Origin: Acidimicrobiales bacterium
Lineage (GTDB): Bacteria > Actinomycetota > Acidimicrobiia > Acidimicrobiales > Bog-793
Direction of reading: 5' to 3'
Assembly (NCBI GenBank): GCA_050008715.1
Contig: JBEKMC010000002.1
Coordinates: 1,920-65,919 of the forward strand
Length of the DNA stretch: 64,000 nt
Shown here: one piece after another, positions 8,756 to 17,218 of the stretch
How positions within the stretch are numbered: the stretch's first letter is position 1
Layout of the letters: each line of letters begins with the position of its first letter
Program-made: the position numbers and the translations under genes
The notes under the pieces: generated by a model
Told to the model about the DNA's origin: nothing
The model's database searches: none
What the model saw: only the letters and a program-made list of their open reading frames with translations

Positions 8756-8865
8756 ACGGTATCGGAACTTTCCCGGAAAAATGGAGGGATCCAGGCCAGG
8801 TGCCCTGTCGAATGGACAGGCCCCGACCGAGGGTGTTCACACCGCCCCGCGAAATGGGCAAGGCT

Positions 8866-9726
8866 ATGGGCGTGACGATCGAGCAGGCACCGCCGGCTGA
8901 CACCGGGATACAGAGTCGTGCTGCCCCAGGGCCGCTGCCGCGTACCGTGGCCGGCGCCACCCCGGGAACCATCGCACGTAAGCGCTACCGGCCGCGGGTC
9001 GACTATGAGCTCATCTCCTGCGGGCTCCACGGGCACGTGCTCGTCGGCCTCGACGTCGCCGAGGTCCGGTCGTCCGACTCGGACGTTCTTCGCGAATACG
9101 GCGACGGACTCCGCTGGCACCGGTGCCTGCGGTGCGACGGCTGGGTGGTTCAGGACCGCCCGGCGAACCCGACGAGCCAATTCCTGTTGGACGTCGTCGA
9201 TCTCGACATCCCTCTGCGGGGACGGAGGTTGCGCGACCGGTACGTGCTGCGGCTGATCGTCGTCGACCGGATATTCCACGCCCTCGTCTTCGGTGCCCTC
9301 GCTGCTGCCATCTTCGCCTTCGCCGCCAACTCCGACCACCTCCACAGCGCCTGGCGCCGGATCCTCACCGCCCTGCAGCCCTACTCGGGATCGTGGATCG
9401 TGAAGGACGTCAACAAGCTCTTCGCCCTTCACCACACGACCCTGTACCTGCTGGGGGCGGCGGCATCGCTCTACGTCGCCCTCTTGCTCGCAGAATGCAT
9501 CGGCCTGTGGAACGCCCGGCGGTGGGCCGAGTACCTGACGTTCGCTGAACTGGCAGCGTTCGTGCCGTTCGAGCTCTACGAGCTCGCTGGCTCGGTCACG
9601 CCGTTCAAGATCGTGACGCTCGTCCTCAACACGATCATCCTGCTCTACCTGCTCCTCGTCCACCGCTTGTTCGGGGTGCGCGGCGGGGTGAAGGCGGCAC
9701 AGGCGGCCTATGGGGAAGAGGGTTGA
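8866..9726 (+). CDS. DUF2127-family membrane protein with an N-terminal Cys/His-rich segment
   Basis: The C-terminal block ECIGLWNARRWAEYLTFAELAAFVPFELYEL...LNTIILLYLL matches my recollection of DUF2127. The ORF opens at 8800. I prefer ATG 8866 (MGVTIEQ), but the start is uncertain. Confidence 0.6.
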   Translation: MGVTIEQAPPADTGIQSRAAPGPLPRTVAGATPGTIARKRYRPRVDYELISCGLHGHVLVGLDVAEVRSSDSDVLREYGDGLRWHRCLRCDGWVVQDRPANPTSQFLLDVVDLDIPLRGRRLRDRYVLRLIVVDRIFHALVFGALAAAIFAFAANSDHLHSAWRRILTALQPYSGSWIVKDVNKLFALHHTTLYLLGAAASLYVALLLAECIGLWNARRWAEYLTFAELAAFVPFELYELAGSVTPFKIVTLVLNTIILLYLLLVHRLFGVRGGVKAAQAAYGEEG

Positions 9727-9783
9727 GGTCGCCCTTCGACGACAGGTGCCCACCAGCCGAAGCTCCGACGGCCAGTCAGGGGC

Positions 9784-11079
9784 TCAGGTGACCTGCCGGC
9801 GGACCGAGTAGATCTCCGCCTCGTACTGGCGGGACGAGACGACATCGACGACCGCCTCGGCGGCGTCGAAGACGTCCGTGAACCGCAGGTACAGCGGTGC
9901 GAAGCCGAACCGGCACAGGTCCGGCGCACGGAAGTCCCCCACGACGCCCTGGGCGATCAGGGCTTGCACGACGGCGTAGCCCTCCGGGTGCCGAAGCGAG
10001 ACGTGCGACCCGCGCCGTTCTGAGGCACGAGGCGAGGCGAGCTCCAGCTCGTCGCCCACACGCTCCAGAACCGCCTCGATGAACAGCTCGCTCAACGCCA
10101 CGGATTTCGCCCGCACCGCCTCCGTCGTCACTCCCTCCCAGGCATCGAGGGCGGCGTCGAGAGCAGCCAGCCCGAGAACCGACGGCGTCGAGGTGACGAA
10201 GCGACGTATCCCGGGAGCCGGGCGGAACGATGCCGCGAAGTCGAAAGGCGTCTCGTGGCCGAGCCAGCCCGGCAGAGGGTTGACGAGTGACCCCTGCAGG
10301 TCGCGGCGCACGTACACGAACGCCGGGGCCCCCGGTCCGGCGTTCAGATACTTGTAACAGCACCCGACTGCGAGATCGACGGCGTCGCGCTCGCAGTCGA
10401 CGACGACGGCTCCGACGGAATGGCACAGATCCCAGACCGTGAGAGCGCCGACTTCGTGGGCGGCGGACGTGAGGACACCCATGTCGAACATCGCACCGGT
10501 GCGGAAGTCGACGTGGGTGAGCATGAGCACCGCGACGCTCTCGTCCAGAGCCGCCGCGACGGCGGCGGCATCCACATGTCGGACTTCCACGTCGAACAGG
10601 CGGGCGACCCCATCGGCCGCATACAGGTCGGAGGGAAAGTTGGCTGCCGTCGTGACGATCACGCGGCGGTCAGGCCGAGCCGCCAGCGCTGCCCCGAGGA
10701 GCTTCGCGAGTGCGATCGTCGTCGTGTCGGCGACGAGGACCTCGCCGTCACGAGCGCCGATGAGACGGGCGATCTTGTCCCCCACGCGACAGGGCTCCGA
10801 CATCCATGTGTCCCAGTTGCGAACGAGCCCTGTCCCCCACTCCTGCTCGATGACCTCCGCAACTCGTGCGGCCACCGCGCCCGGGAGCGCTCCGAGTGAA
10901 TTGCCGTCGAGGTAGATGACACCCTCAGGCACGACGAACCGATCACGGACGGCTCGAAGCGGGTCCGCCCGGTCGAGCGCCGCCGACCGCTCCCGGGTCC
11001 AGGAATAGCTCGAGCCTGAGCCTGCCATCGGGCCGGACACTACCTCGACCCGGCATGTCGTCGCCGTCCGTGGCACCAT
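9784..11079 (-). CDS. kynU: Kynureninase (PLP-dependent)
   Basis: It carries IYLDGNSLGALP and the PLP-lysine block CCYKYLNAGPGAPAFVYV, and the overall length fits. An alternative start is ATG 11028 (MAGSGSSYSW). Confidence 0.85.
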   Translation of the reverse strand: MVPRTATTCRVEVVSGPMAGSGSSYSWTRERSAALDRADPLRAVRDRFVVPEGVIYLDGNSLGALPGAVAARVAEVIEQEWGTGLVRNWDTWMSEPCRVGDKIARLIGARDGEVLVADTTTIALAKLLGAALAARPDRRVIVTTAANFPSDLYAADGVARLFDVEVRHVDAAAVAAALDESVAVLMLTHVDFRTGAMFDMGVLTSAAHEVGALTVWDLCHSVGAVVVDCERDAVDLAVGCCYKYLNAGPGAPAFVYVRRDLQGSLVNPLPGWLGHETPFDFAASFRPAPGIRRFVTSTPSVLGLAALDAALDAWEGVTTEAVRAKSVALSELFIEAVLERVGDELELASPRASERRGSHVSLRHPEGYAVVQALIAQGVVGDFRAPDLCRFGFAPLYLRFTDVFDAAEAVVDVVSSRQYEAEIYSVRRQVT

Positions 11080-11150
11080 GAGCCGCCAGGTGCTGAACAG
11101 CCGGACAAACCCCTACGAACAGTCCGGCAAGACACGAAAGGGCGGGACCG

Positions 11151-13613
11151 ATGCCGGACGCCGTTCCCGAGCGGGCGCAGGTCGTGATCATAGGAGGTGG
11201 GGTCATCGGGCTCTCGACCGCCTATCACCTGACGCATCAGGGATGCACCGACGTGCTCCTCCTGGAGCGCCATCAGCTGACTTCCGGGACGACCTGGCAC
11301 GCTGCTGGGCTCATCACCTCCGCCGGCATGACCGACGAAGCCTCGCTGACGATGAGCATCTACTCACGCGAGCTGTACGCGCGCTTGGAGGACGAGACCG
11401 GATTGTCCACCGGCTTTCGCCGTTGTGGGCACCTGCACGTCGCCACGACGGCGACGCGCGTCGAGGCGATGCAGCGGGAAGCCGCCTACGCAAAGCGCTT
11501 CGGTCAGGAGTCGCACGAGATCGGTCCGGCCGAGATCGCGGAGCTGTGGCCAATGGCGGAGACGTCTGACCTGCTGCGGGGTTTCTATGTGCCGGTCGAA
11601 GGGCGGGCGAACCCGTACGACGTCGCGATGTCGCTTGCCAAGGGAGCGCGCCAGGGCGGGGCCACGATCCTCGAGGGTGTCCCCGTCACTGGCATCACGA
11701 CGCGGGCCGACCGCGTCACTGGCGTCGTCACGGACCTCGGGGTGATCGAGACGGAGGTCGTCGTCCTTGCCGCAGGCATCTGGAGTCGACAATTCGGCGA
11801 CATGATCGGCGTGCGTGTACCCCTGCAGGCAGCCGAGCACTACTACCTCATCACCGAGCCCTTCGACGGTGTGCACCCGGACCTTCCCGTCCTCGAGGAC
11901 CCGTCCACGTACGGCTACTTCCGGGAGGAGACCGGTGGCCTGCTCGTGGGGCTGTTCGAACCACAGGCCGCCGCATGGGAGCCGGGGGGCATCCCGGACG
12001 ACTTCGCCTTCGGCGAGATAGAGCCGGACTGGGAGCGCATCAGCCCCTTCGTAGATCTCGCCATGTCGCGCGTGCCCGCCGTCCGCAACGTCGGGGTCCG
12101 AAAGTTCTTCTGCGGGCCGGAGTCATTCACCGCCGACGTGCACCCGTTGCTGGGCGAGTCGCCCGAACTGCGGGGACTGTTCACCGCAACGGGGCTGAAC
12201 TCGCTCGGCATCCTGCTCGGCGGTGGCGTCGGCAACGTCATGGCGGAATGGATCGTGAGCGGGCAACCGCCGATCGACCTCACCGGATTCACGCTCGACC
12301 GCACGAGCCCGCACGAGGCGACGCCGAGGTTCCGCCGCGACCGGACACCCGAGCAGCTCGGTGTCCTCTTCGGCGACGCCGTCGCCCCCGGGTGGACGCC
12401 GAGATCCGCCCGGGGGATCCGACGCTCGCCCGTGCACGAGCGCCTCGTCAGCCACGGCGCCCGCTTCGACACGACGACGGGGTGGGAGTGGGCTGACTTC
12501 TTCGCCGGCCGCGGTGCCGAGGCGCCGGCTGTCACGCAGTCGTTCCAGCGTCAGGGTCATTGGTCGCTCGTCGAGGCTGAGCACCGCGCCGTGCGCGAGG
12601 ACGTCGGGCTCCTCGACATGTCGTTCATGTGCAAGTTCCTCGTGCAGGGCCGCGACGCCGGCGCCGTGCTCGATCGCCTCGTGGTGTCCGAAGCTGCTCA
12701 CACACCGATCGGCAAAGTCGTGTATACCGCCATCTGTCACGAGGGCGGGGGGATGTGGGCGGACTGCACCTTTACGCGGCTGGCGGAGGACCGGTACATG
12801 GTGATCGGCACCGACCTCGTCACTCGACGCCTCGAGGCGCTGCTCCGCCGGGCCGTGACGGAAGGCGACACTGCCACGGTGACGGACGTGACGGCAAGCT
12901 ACGCACTGTTCAGCGTGCAGGGACCGAAGTCTCGCGAGCTGCTCTCGCGGCTCACCTCGGCTGAACTGTCCAACGCGAGCTTCCCGTATCTGACTGGCCG
13001 CTACCTCGACGTCGCATATGCGCCATCGGTCTGGGTGCAGCGCGTCACCTACGTCGGCGAGCTCGGCTACGAGTTGCATGTCCGGGCTGACCTGGCCGTG
13101 TCGGTCTACGACGCCCTCTTCGAAGCGGGGGGCGATCTCGGCCTTCGCAACGTCGGTATGTCCGCCTTGAACGGCCTTCGGATCGAGAAGGGTTATCGCG
13201 ACTACGGCCACGACATCGGCAACGACGACACGCCGCTCGAAGCAGGAATCGGCTTCGTCGTCGACTACGACAAAGGGGACTTCCCCGGCCGGCAGGCCCT
13301 CGCGAAGCAGCGGGAGGGCGGTCCCCTCACCGAACGGCTCGTGAACGTGCTCGTTCTCGATGCCGAGCCGCTCCTGTTCCACGGCGAGGACGTGCTCCGC
13401 GACGGCGTCCTCGTCGGCGAGGTCGAGGCTGGTGCTTTCGGCTACACCCTCGGTGGCTCGGTGGCAATCGCCACGGTCCGCTGTGAGAACGGCGTGACGG
13501 GCGCCTGGTTGTCCGCGGCGGCCTTCGAAGTGGAGGTGAACCGCCGCCGTTACCCGGCTCGCGTCCAGCTCGGGCCGCTCTACGACCCCTCGAGGTCCCG
13601 CATCCTCTCCTGA
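11151..13613 (+). CDS. FAD-dependent oxidoreductase fused to a GcvT-type aminomethyltransferase domain (dimethylglycine/sarcosine dehydrogenase-like)
   Basis: The N-terminus has the Rossmann motif VVIIGGGVIGLSTAYHL. The C-terminal half has GcvT-like folate-binding blocks (YVGELGYELH, GLRIEKGY). The 820-aa length is typical of DMGDH/SARDH. Confidence 0.8.
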   Translation: MPDAVPERAQVVIIGGGVIGLSTAYHLTHQGCTDVLLLERHQLTSGTTWHAAGLITSAGMTDEASLTMSIYSRELYARLEDETGLSTGFRRCGHLHVATTATRVEAMQREAAYAKRFGQESHEIGPAEIAELWPMAETSDLLRGFYVPVEGRANPYDVAMSLAKGARQGGATILEGVPVTGITTRADRVTGVVTDLGVIETEVVVLAAGIWSRQFGDMIGVRVPLQAAEHYYLITEPFDGVHPDLPVLEDPSTYGYFREETGGLLVGLFEPQAAAWEPGGIPDDFAFGEIEPDWERISPFVDLAMSRVPAVRNVGVRKFFCGPESFTADVHPLLGESPELRGLFTATGLNSLGILLGGGVGNVMAEWIVSGQPPIDLTGFTLDRTSPHEATPRFRRDRTPEQLGVLFGDAVAPGWTPRSARGIRRSPVHERLVSHGARFDTTTGWEWADFFAGRGAEAPAVTQSFQRQGHWSLVEAEHRAVREDVGLLDMSFMCKFLVQGRDAGAVLDRLVVSEAAHTPIGKVVYTAICHEGGGMWADCTFTRLAEDRYMVIGTDLVTRRLEALLRRAVTEGDTATVTDVTASYALFSVQGPKSRELLSRLTSAELSNASFPYLTGRYLDVAYAPSVWVQRVTYVGELGYELHVRADLAVSVYDALFEAGGDLGLRNVGMSALNGLRIEKGYRDYGHDIGNDDTPLEAGIGFVVDYDKGDFPGRQALAKQREGGPLTERLVNVLVLDAEPLLFHGEDVLRDGVLVGEVEAGAFGYTLGGSVAIATVRCENGVTGAWLSAAAFEVEVNRRRYPARVQLGPLYDPSRSRILS

Positions 13614-13664
13614 TCGGCTGAGCCATGAGGCGACGCGGCTCCGGCGACGTGCCACGATGGCGCC

Positions 13665-14696
13665 ATGCGCATCGGTGTTCTCACAGGTGGAGGTGACTGC
13701 CCGGGCTTGAACCCCGCCATCCGGGCTGTCGTACGCAAGTGCGAGGTCGGCTTCGGCGACGAGGTGATCGGCTTCCGGGACGGCTGGCGAGGCGTGATCG
13801 AGGACTCGACCATGGCCCTCGACGTCGAGCGATGCCGCGGCATCCTGCCGCGGGGCGGCACCATCCTCGGAACTTCGCGGACCAACCCGTACCGCGTCGA
13901 GAACGGCCCGGCACTTGCGGTGGAGACTCTCGAGCGCCATGGGATCGACGCCCTCATCGCCATCGGTGGCGAGGACACGCTTGGCGTCGCCGACAAGCTC
14001 AGCGAACAAGGCGTGCCCGTGGTCGGAATCCCGAAGACGATCGACAATGACTTATCTGAGACAGACGTCACCATCGGGTTCGACACCGCAGTGCAAATCG
14101 CCGCAGAAGCGATCGACCGGCTTCACACGACAGCCGAGTCGCACCATCGCGTCATGGTCTGTGAAGTGATGGGCCGTCATGCCGGCTGGATAGCCACCTA
14201 CGCCGGCATCGCCGGGGGTGCCACGGCAATCCTTGTGCCCGAACAGCCATTCGAGATCGACGCCGTGTGCGAATACCTCCGACGTCGGCATTCGTCGGGT
14301 GCCTACGCATCCATCGTCGTGACCGCCGAGGGGGCAAAGCCGGCCGAAGGCACACTCGCCGTCGTCGCGCCAGAGCTCGATCAATTCGGTCACGAACGGC
14401 TCGGGGGCATCGGCACGATGCTCGCCGCTGAGTTCGAACGAAGGACGGGCTATGAGTCGAGGGTCACAATCCTCGGCCACATCCAGCGGGGCGGCACGCC
14501 GAGCGCTTTCGACCGTGTGCTGGCCACGAGATTCGGCACCGCGGCGGTCGACGCCGTGCACGACCGCGCCTGGAAGCAGATGGTGGCGGCACGCGGACCG
14601 CGTATCGAGCGCGTACCCATTGCCGATGCGGTAGCCAAGCTGAAGACGCTCGATCCCGATCTCTTCCGATCGGTTGCAGAAGTCTTCTTCGGCTGA
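13665..14696 (+). CDS. pfkA: 6-phosphofructokinase (ATP- or PPi-dependent, not resolved)
   Basis: It has the PFK signatures MRIGVLTGGGDCPGLN, IGGEDT, PKTIDND and MGRHAG. Confidence 0.9.
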   Translation: MRIGVLTGGGDCPGLNPAIRAVVRKCEVGFGDEVIGFRDGWRGVIEDSTMALDVERCRGILPRGGTILGTSRTNPYRVENGPALAVETLERHGIDALIAIGGEDTLGVADKLSEQGVPVVGIPKTIDNDLSETDVTIGFDTAVQIAAEAIDRLHTTAESHHRVMVCEVMGRHAGWIATYAGIAGGATAILVPEQPFEIDAVCEYLRRRHSSGAYASIVVTAEGAKPAEGTLAVVAPELDQFGHERLGGIGTMLAAEFERRTGYESRVTILGHIQRGGTPSAFDRVLATRFGTAAVDAVHDRAWKQMVAARGPRIERVPIADAVAKLKTLDPDLFRSVAEVFFG

Positions 14697-14780
14697 ACAG
14701 CGTGTGAACCCGGGGTACGCGAAAGTGGGCCTAGGACCCTTTGCAGTACAGACGAACGATCGCGAAGGGCGCCAGAACCC

Positions 14781-15272
14781 ATGCAACCAGCAATACGAGT
14801 CCTCGAAGCGCTACGCCCACCCAGACAGAGGCTGGCCGGCTCGGTCGGCTTCCTCGCGCTCGTCGCCGCTGTGTCACTTGCCCTTGGGGCCTGCGGCACG
14901 ACCGCGAGCACCGCGGGCGTCAGCACGTCGCTCGTGCAGTCGGCCGCCACCCGGCCGGCGCTCGACGTCGTGGCTGGGACATATCAGCTGCAGGGAGGCC
15001 CGATCAGCCGCACGGGTCATACCCAGATCCGTCCCCTTGACGGATTCATCACTGCCACCGGCGCACAGGGTCACGAGAGGGTCACGGTGAAGAATGGCCG
15101 CTTCCGGCTGAGCCTTCCGCCCGGCACCTACAAGCTCGTGGGCTGGACCCCGTCGATCAAGGAAGTGCAGGGATCGACCGTCGTCAAGAATGGCTCGACC
15201 TGCGGCACCGCTACGGTCGTCGTGACACGGCATCACAGCACCAAAGCGGCCGTGTACTGCGACGTCCCGTAG
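14781..15272 (+). CDS. Small lipoprotein with a carboxypeptidase-regulatory-like beta-sandwich segment
   Basis: The signal peptide ends with the lipobox LALGAC. GRFRLSLPPGTYKLVGW resembles CarboxypepD_reg/PEGA-type strands. Confidence 0.45.
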   Translation: MQPAIRVLEALRPPRQRLAGSVGFLALVAAVSLALGACGTTASTAGVSTSLVQSAATRPALDVVAGTYQLQGGPISRTGHTQIRPLDGFITATGAQGHERVTVKNGRFRLSLPPGTYKLVGWTPSIKEVQGSTVVKNGSTCGTATVVVTRHHSTKAAVYCDVP

Positions 15273-15443
15273 GCGCCGGGGATCATCAGCCGACGCGGTC
15301 TCGAGAGCGACCGCATCAAGCTGTTGCTGGGTGCAACGACGACAGCATTCCTGTCGCCCTCAGGGCTGATGGCTGTCTACGGGCGATGTCTGCGTCCCCT
15401 CGTCATCCGACGACGAATTCGATGGTGGTGACGACGCTGGAGA

Positions 15444-16106
15444 TCAGCCCTCCGCCTCGGTCAGACCGGTCGGACATGAGACGCCAGTCCCGCCGATGCC
15501 GCAGTAACCCATCGGGTTCTTCGCGAGGTACTGCTGGTGGTAGTCCTCCGCGTAATAGAAGGGGCCTGCCTCGGAGATCTCGGTCGTGATCTCGTCGTAA
15601 CCACGCGCCGTCAGAGCTGACTGGAAGCGGTCGCGCGAGACCTTTGCAGCCGACAGCTGGGCGTCCGTGGTCGTGTAGATGGCCGAGCGATACTGCGTGC
15701 CCATGTCGTTGCCCTGGCGCATCCCCTGGGTGGGATCATGGCTCTCCCAGAAGATGCGCAGCAGCTGGTCGTAGGTGGTGACCGCTGGGTCGAACACGAC
15801 GAGGACAGCTTCGGCATGCCCGGTACGGGCAGTGCAGACCTCTTCGTAGGTGGGATTCGGCGTGTAGCCGCCCGAGTAGCCGACGGCAGTCGTGTAGACG
15901 CCACCGGCCTCCCAGAACTTCCGCTCCGCCCCCCAAAAGCAACCGAGACCGAAGATTGCCGTCTCCATTCCCTCCGGGAACGGAGGGACGAGCGGATGCC
16001 CGAGGACTGCGTGCAGGCCGCTCACCGGGATCGGCGTCGACCTGCCTGGCAACGCCTCGTCGCTCGCCACCATCTGCTGCTTGCCCGATCGGAAGATACC
16101 CATCAC
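15444..16106 (-). CDS. msrA: Peptide methionine-S-sulfoxide reductase MsrA
   Basis: It has the GCFWGAE active-site motif, and the 220-aa length fits. The start is GTG 16106 or the adjacent ATG 16103, preceded by AAAGGTGAGAG. Confidence 0.9.
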   Translation of the reverse strand: MMGIFRSGKQQMVASDEALPGRSTPIPVSGLHAVLGHPLVPPFPEGMETAIFGLGCFWGAERKFWEAGGVYTTAVGYSGGYTPNPTYEEVCTARTGHAEAVLVVFDPAVTTYDQLLRIFWESHDPTQGMRQGNDMGTQYRSAIYTTTDAQLSAAKVSRDRFQSALTARGYDEITTEISEAGPFYYAEDYHQQYLAKNPMGYCGIGGTGVSCPTGLTEAEG

Positions 16107-16133
16107 CTCTCACCTTTGCTCTCTGGTACATCA

Positions 16134-16163
16134 GTCAACACTGCAGGCCGCTTCAGCTGTTCC
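16134..16163 (-). promoter_or_regulatory. Candidate SigH/SigR-type ECF promoter upstream of msrA
   Basis: The minus strand reads GGGAACA-N17-TGTTGAC. The -35 GGAACA is at 16163-16158 and the -10 GTTGAC at 16139-16134. This matches the actinobacterial SigH/SigR consensus (GGAAYA-N16-18-YGTT). It lies about 28 nt upstream of the msrA start, and the -35 overlaps the anti-sigma stop codon. Confidence 0.45.
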
Positions 16164-16485
16164 CGTCTTTCCCGTCTGCCCCGTCCCAGTGCCCGTCATC
16201 GTCATCGCCGGCGTCGCCCACCACCTCGTCTCGGTAGGCGAGCAAGAGCTCCACGAGACCTGTGCGCGTCTCGGGGGCCAGATCTCCTGGATCCACACGG
16301 CCGAGCAGATCGATCGTGGCCCGCATCTGTCTCAGGTACTCGTCACAGCCGTCGCAGGCCGCCAAGTGCCGCTCCAGCCGGGTTCGTTGGCGAGCCGGCA
16401 TGACGCCCTCGAGGTAGTCGGTCATGAGCGCGACGGCATCGCGGCACACGAGGTCCCGCCGCCACGCACTCAACAGCCGCACCAT
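16153..16485 (-). CDS. Soluble ZAS-family (zf-HC2) anti-sigma factor, RsrA/RshA-like
   Basis: The 110-aa protein starts at ATG 16485 (MVRLLSAWRRDLVCRD...). It has the HLAACDGC (HxxxCxxC) motif plus an upstream Cys, and no TM helix. Its start overlaps the sigma stop (TGATG). The ORF-track start at 16593 lies inside the sigma gene and is rejected. Confidence 0.75.
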   Translation of the reverse strand: MVRLLSAWRRDLVCRDAVALMTDYLEGVMPARQRTRLERHLAACDGCDEYLRQMRATIDLLGRVDPGDLAPETRTGLVELLLAYRDEVVGDAGDDDDGHWDGADGKDGNS

Positions 16486-17165
16486 CACGCCTCCCACTTC
16501 CTCACGTCGTCCTCGAGCATCGCCCGAACCTGCGTCCGCGCCCGGTGCAACAGGACGCGCTGATTGCCTTCCGAGATGCTCAACAAGTCGCACACCTCAC
16601 CACTTGTCAGTCCCTCGATATCTCGCAGCGTTACCACTTGACGCTGCGACTCCGGTAGCAGCTCCACGACCTCGCGGACTCGCCCAGCCATCTCGGGCGC
16701 AGCCAGCCGGTCCTCGATATCGTCAGTCCAAATGACAGGAGGTTCCCGCCAGGCACCCTGAGCCGTGAAGCGGTCGTCGCCAGGCCCGTCGCCCGTGTCG
16801 AGCTCCACCGTGCGGGGCTCTCGTGCGCCGGTCGTGCGGGCGCGGTTGACGAGGATCCGGAAGATCCACGTCTTCAGCGACGACCGGCCTTCGAAGCGAG
16901 GCAGGCCCCTCACGACGCCGAGCCATGCGTCCTGCACCACCTCTTCGGCCACGGCTCGGCTCGGGACGAACGTCGAGGCGACCCGCACCATGGAAAGGTG
17001 ATAGCGGTTGACGAGGTCGGCGAAGGCACGCTCGTCGCCGGCGCGCAACCGGGCGATCAGCTCCTTCTCGTCCTCGGCCCCCATGTCGCCAAGCGTACGG
17101 GTGCGTAACGCTCTGCGCCGGGCAGGGACTGCGGTGGTGCAGCACGAAGGTTCTGCGATGCCCAC
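16485..17165 (-). CDS. ECF-type sigma-70 family RNA polymerase sigma factor
   Basis: Region 2 (EEVVQDAWLGVVRGL, TWIFRILVNRA) and region 4 (LPESQRQVVTLRDIEGLTSGEVCDLLSISEGNQRVLLHRAR) are both present. The likely real start is ATG 17084 (MGAEDEKELIARL). Confidence 0.85.
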   Translation of the reverse strand: MGIAEPSCCTTAVPARRRALRTRTLGDMGAEDEKELIARLRAGDERAFADLVNRYHLSMVRVASTFVPSRAVAEEVVQDAWLGVVRGLPRFEGRSSLKTWIFRILVNRARTTGAREPRTVELDTGDGPGDDRFTAQGAWREPPVIWTDDIEDRLAAPEMAGRVREVVELLPESQRQVVTLRDIEGLTSGEVCDLLSISEGNQRVLLHRARTQVRAMLEDDVRKWEA

Positions 17166-17218
17166 ACGGGCAACAGGCCGGCTCGGCCACTGCCCCAGAG
17201 AAAGGAAACCCTCGCCTT

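Noticed and set aside
12123-14009. 628-aa minus-strand ORF
   Set aside because: It is antisense to the DMGDH-like and pfk genes. It is a shadow ORF with no motifs.
17085-17218. SigH/SigR-type autoregulatory promoter upstream of the ECF sigma gene
   Set aside because: I searched both start-codon scenarios by eye and found no GGAAYA-N16-18-YGTT match, only partial 3/5 matches at -35.
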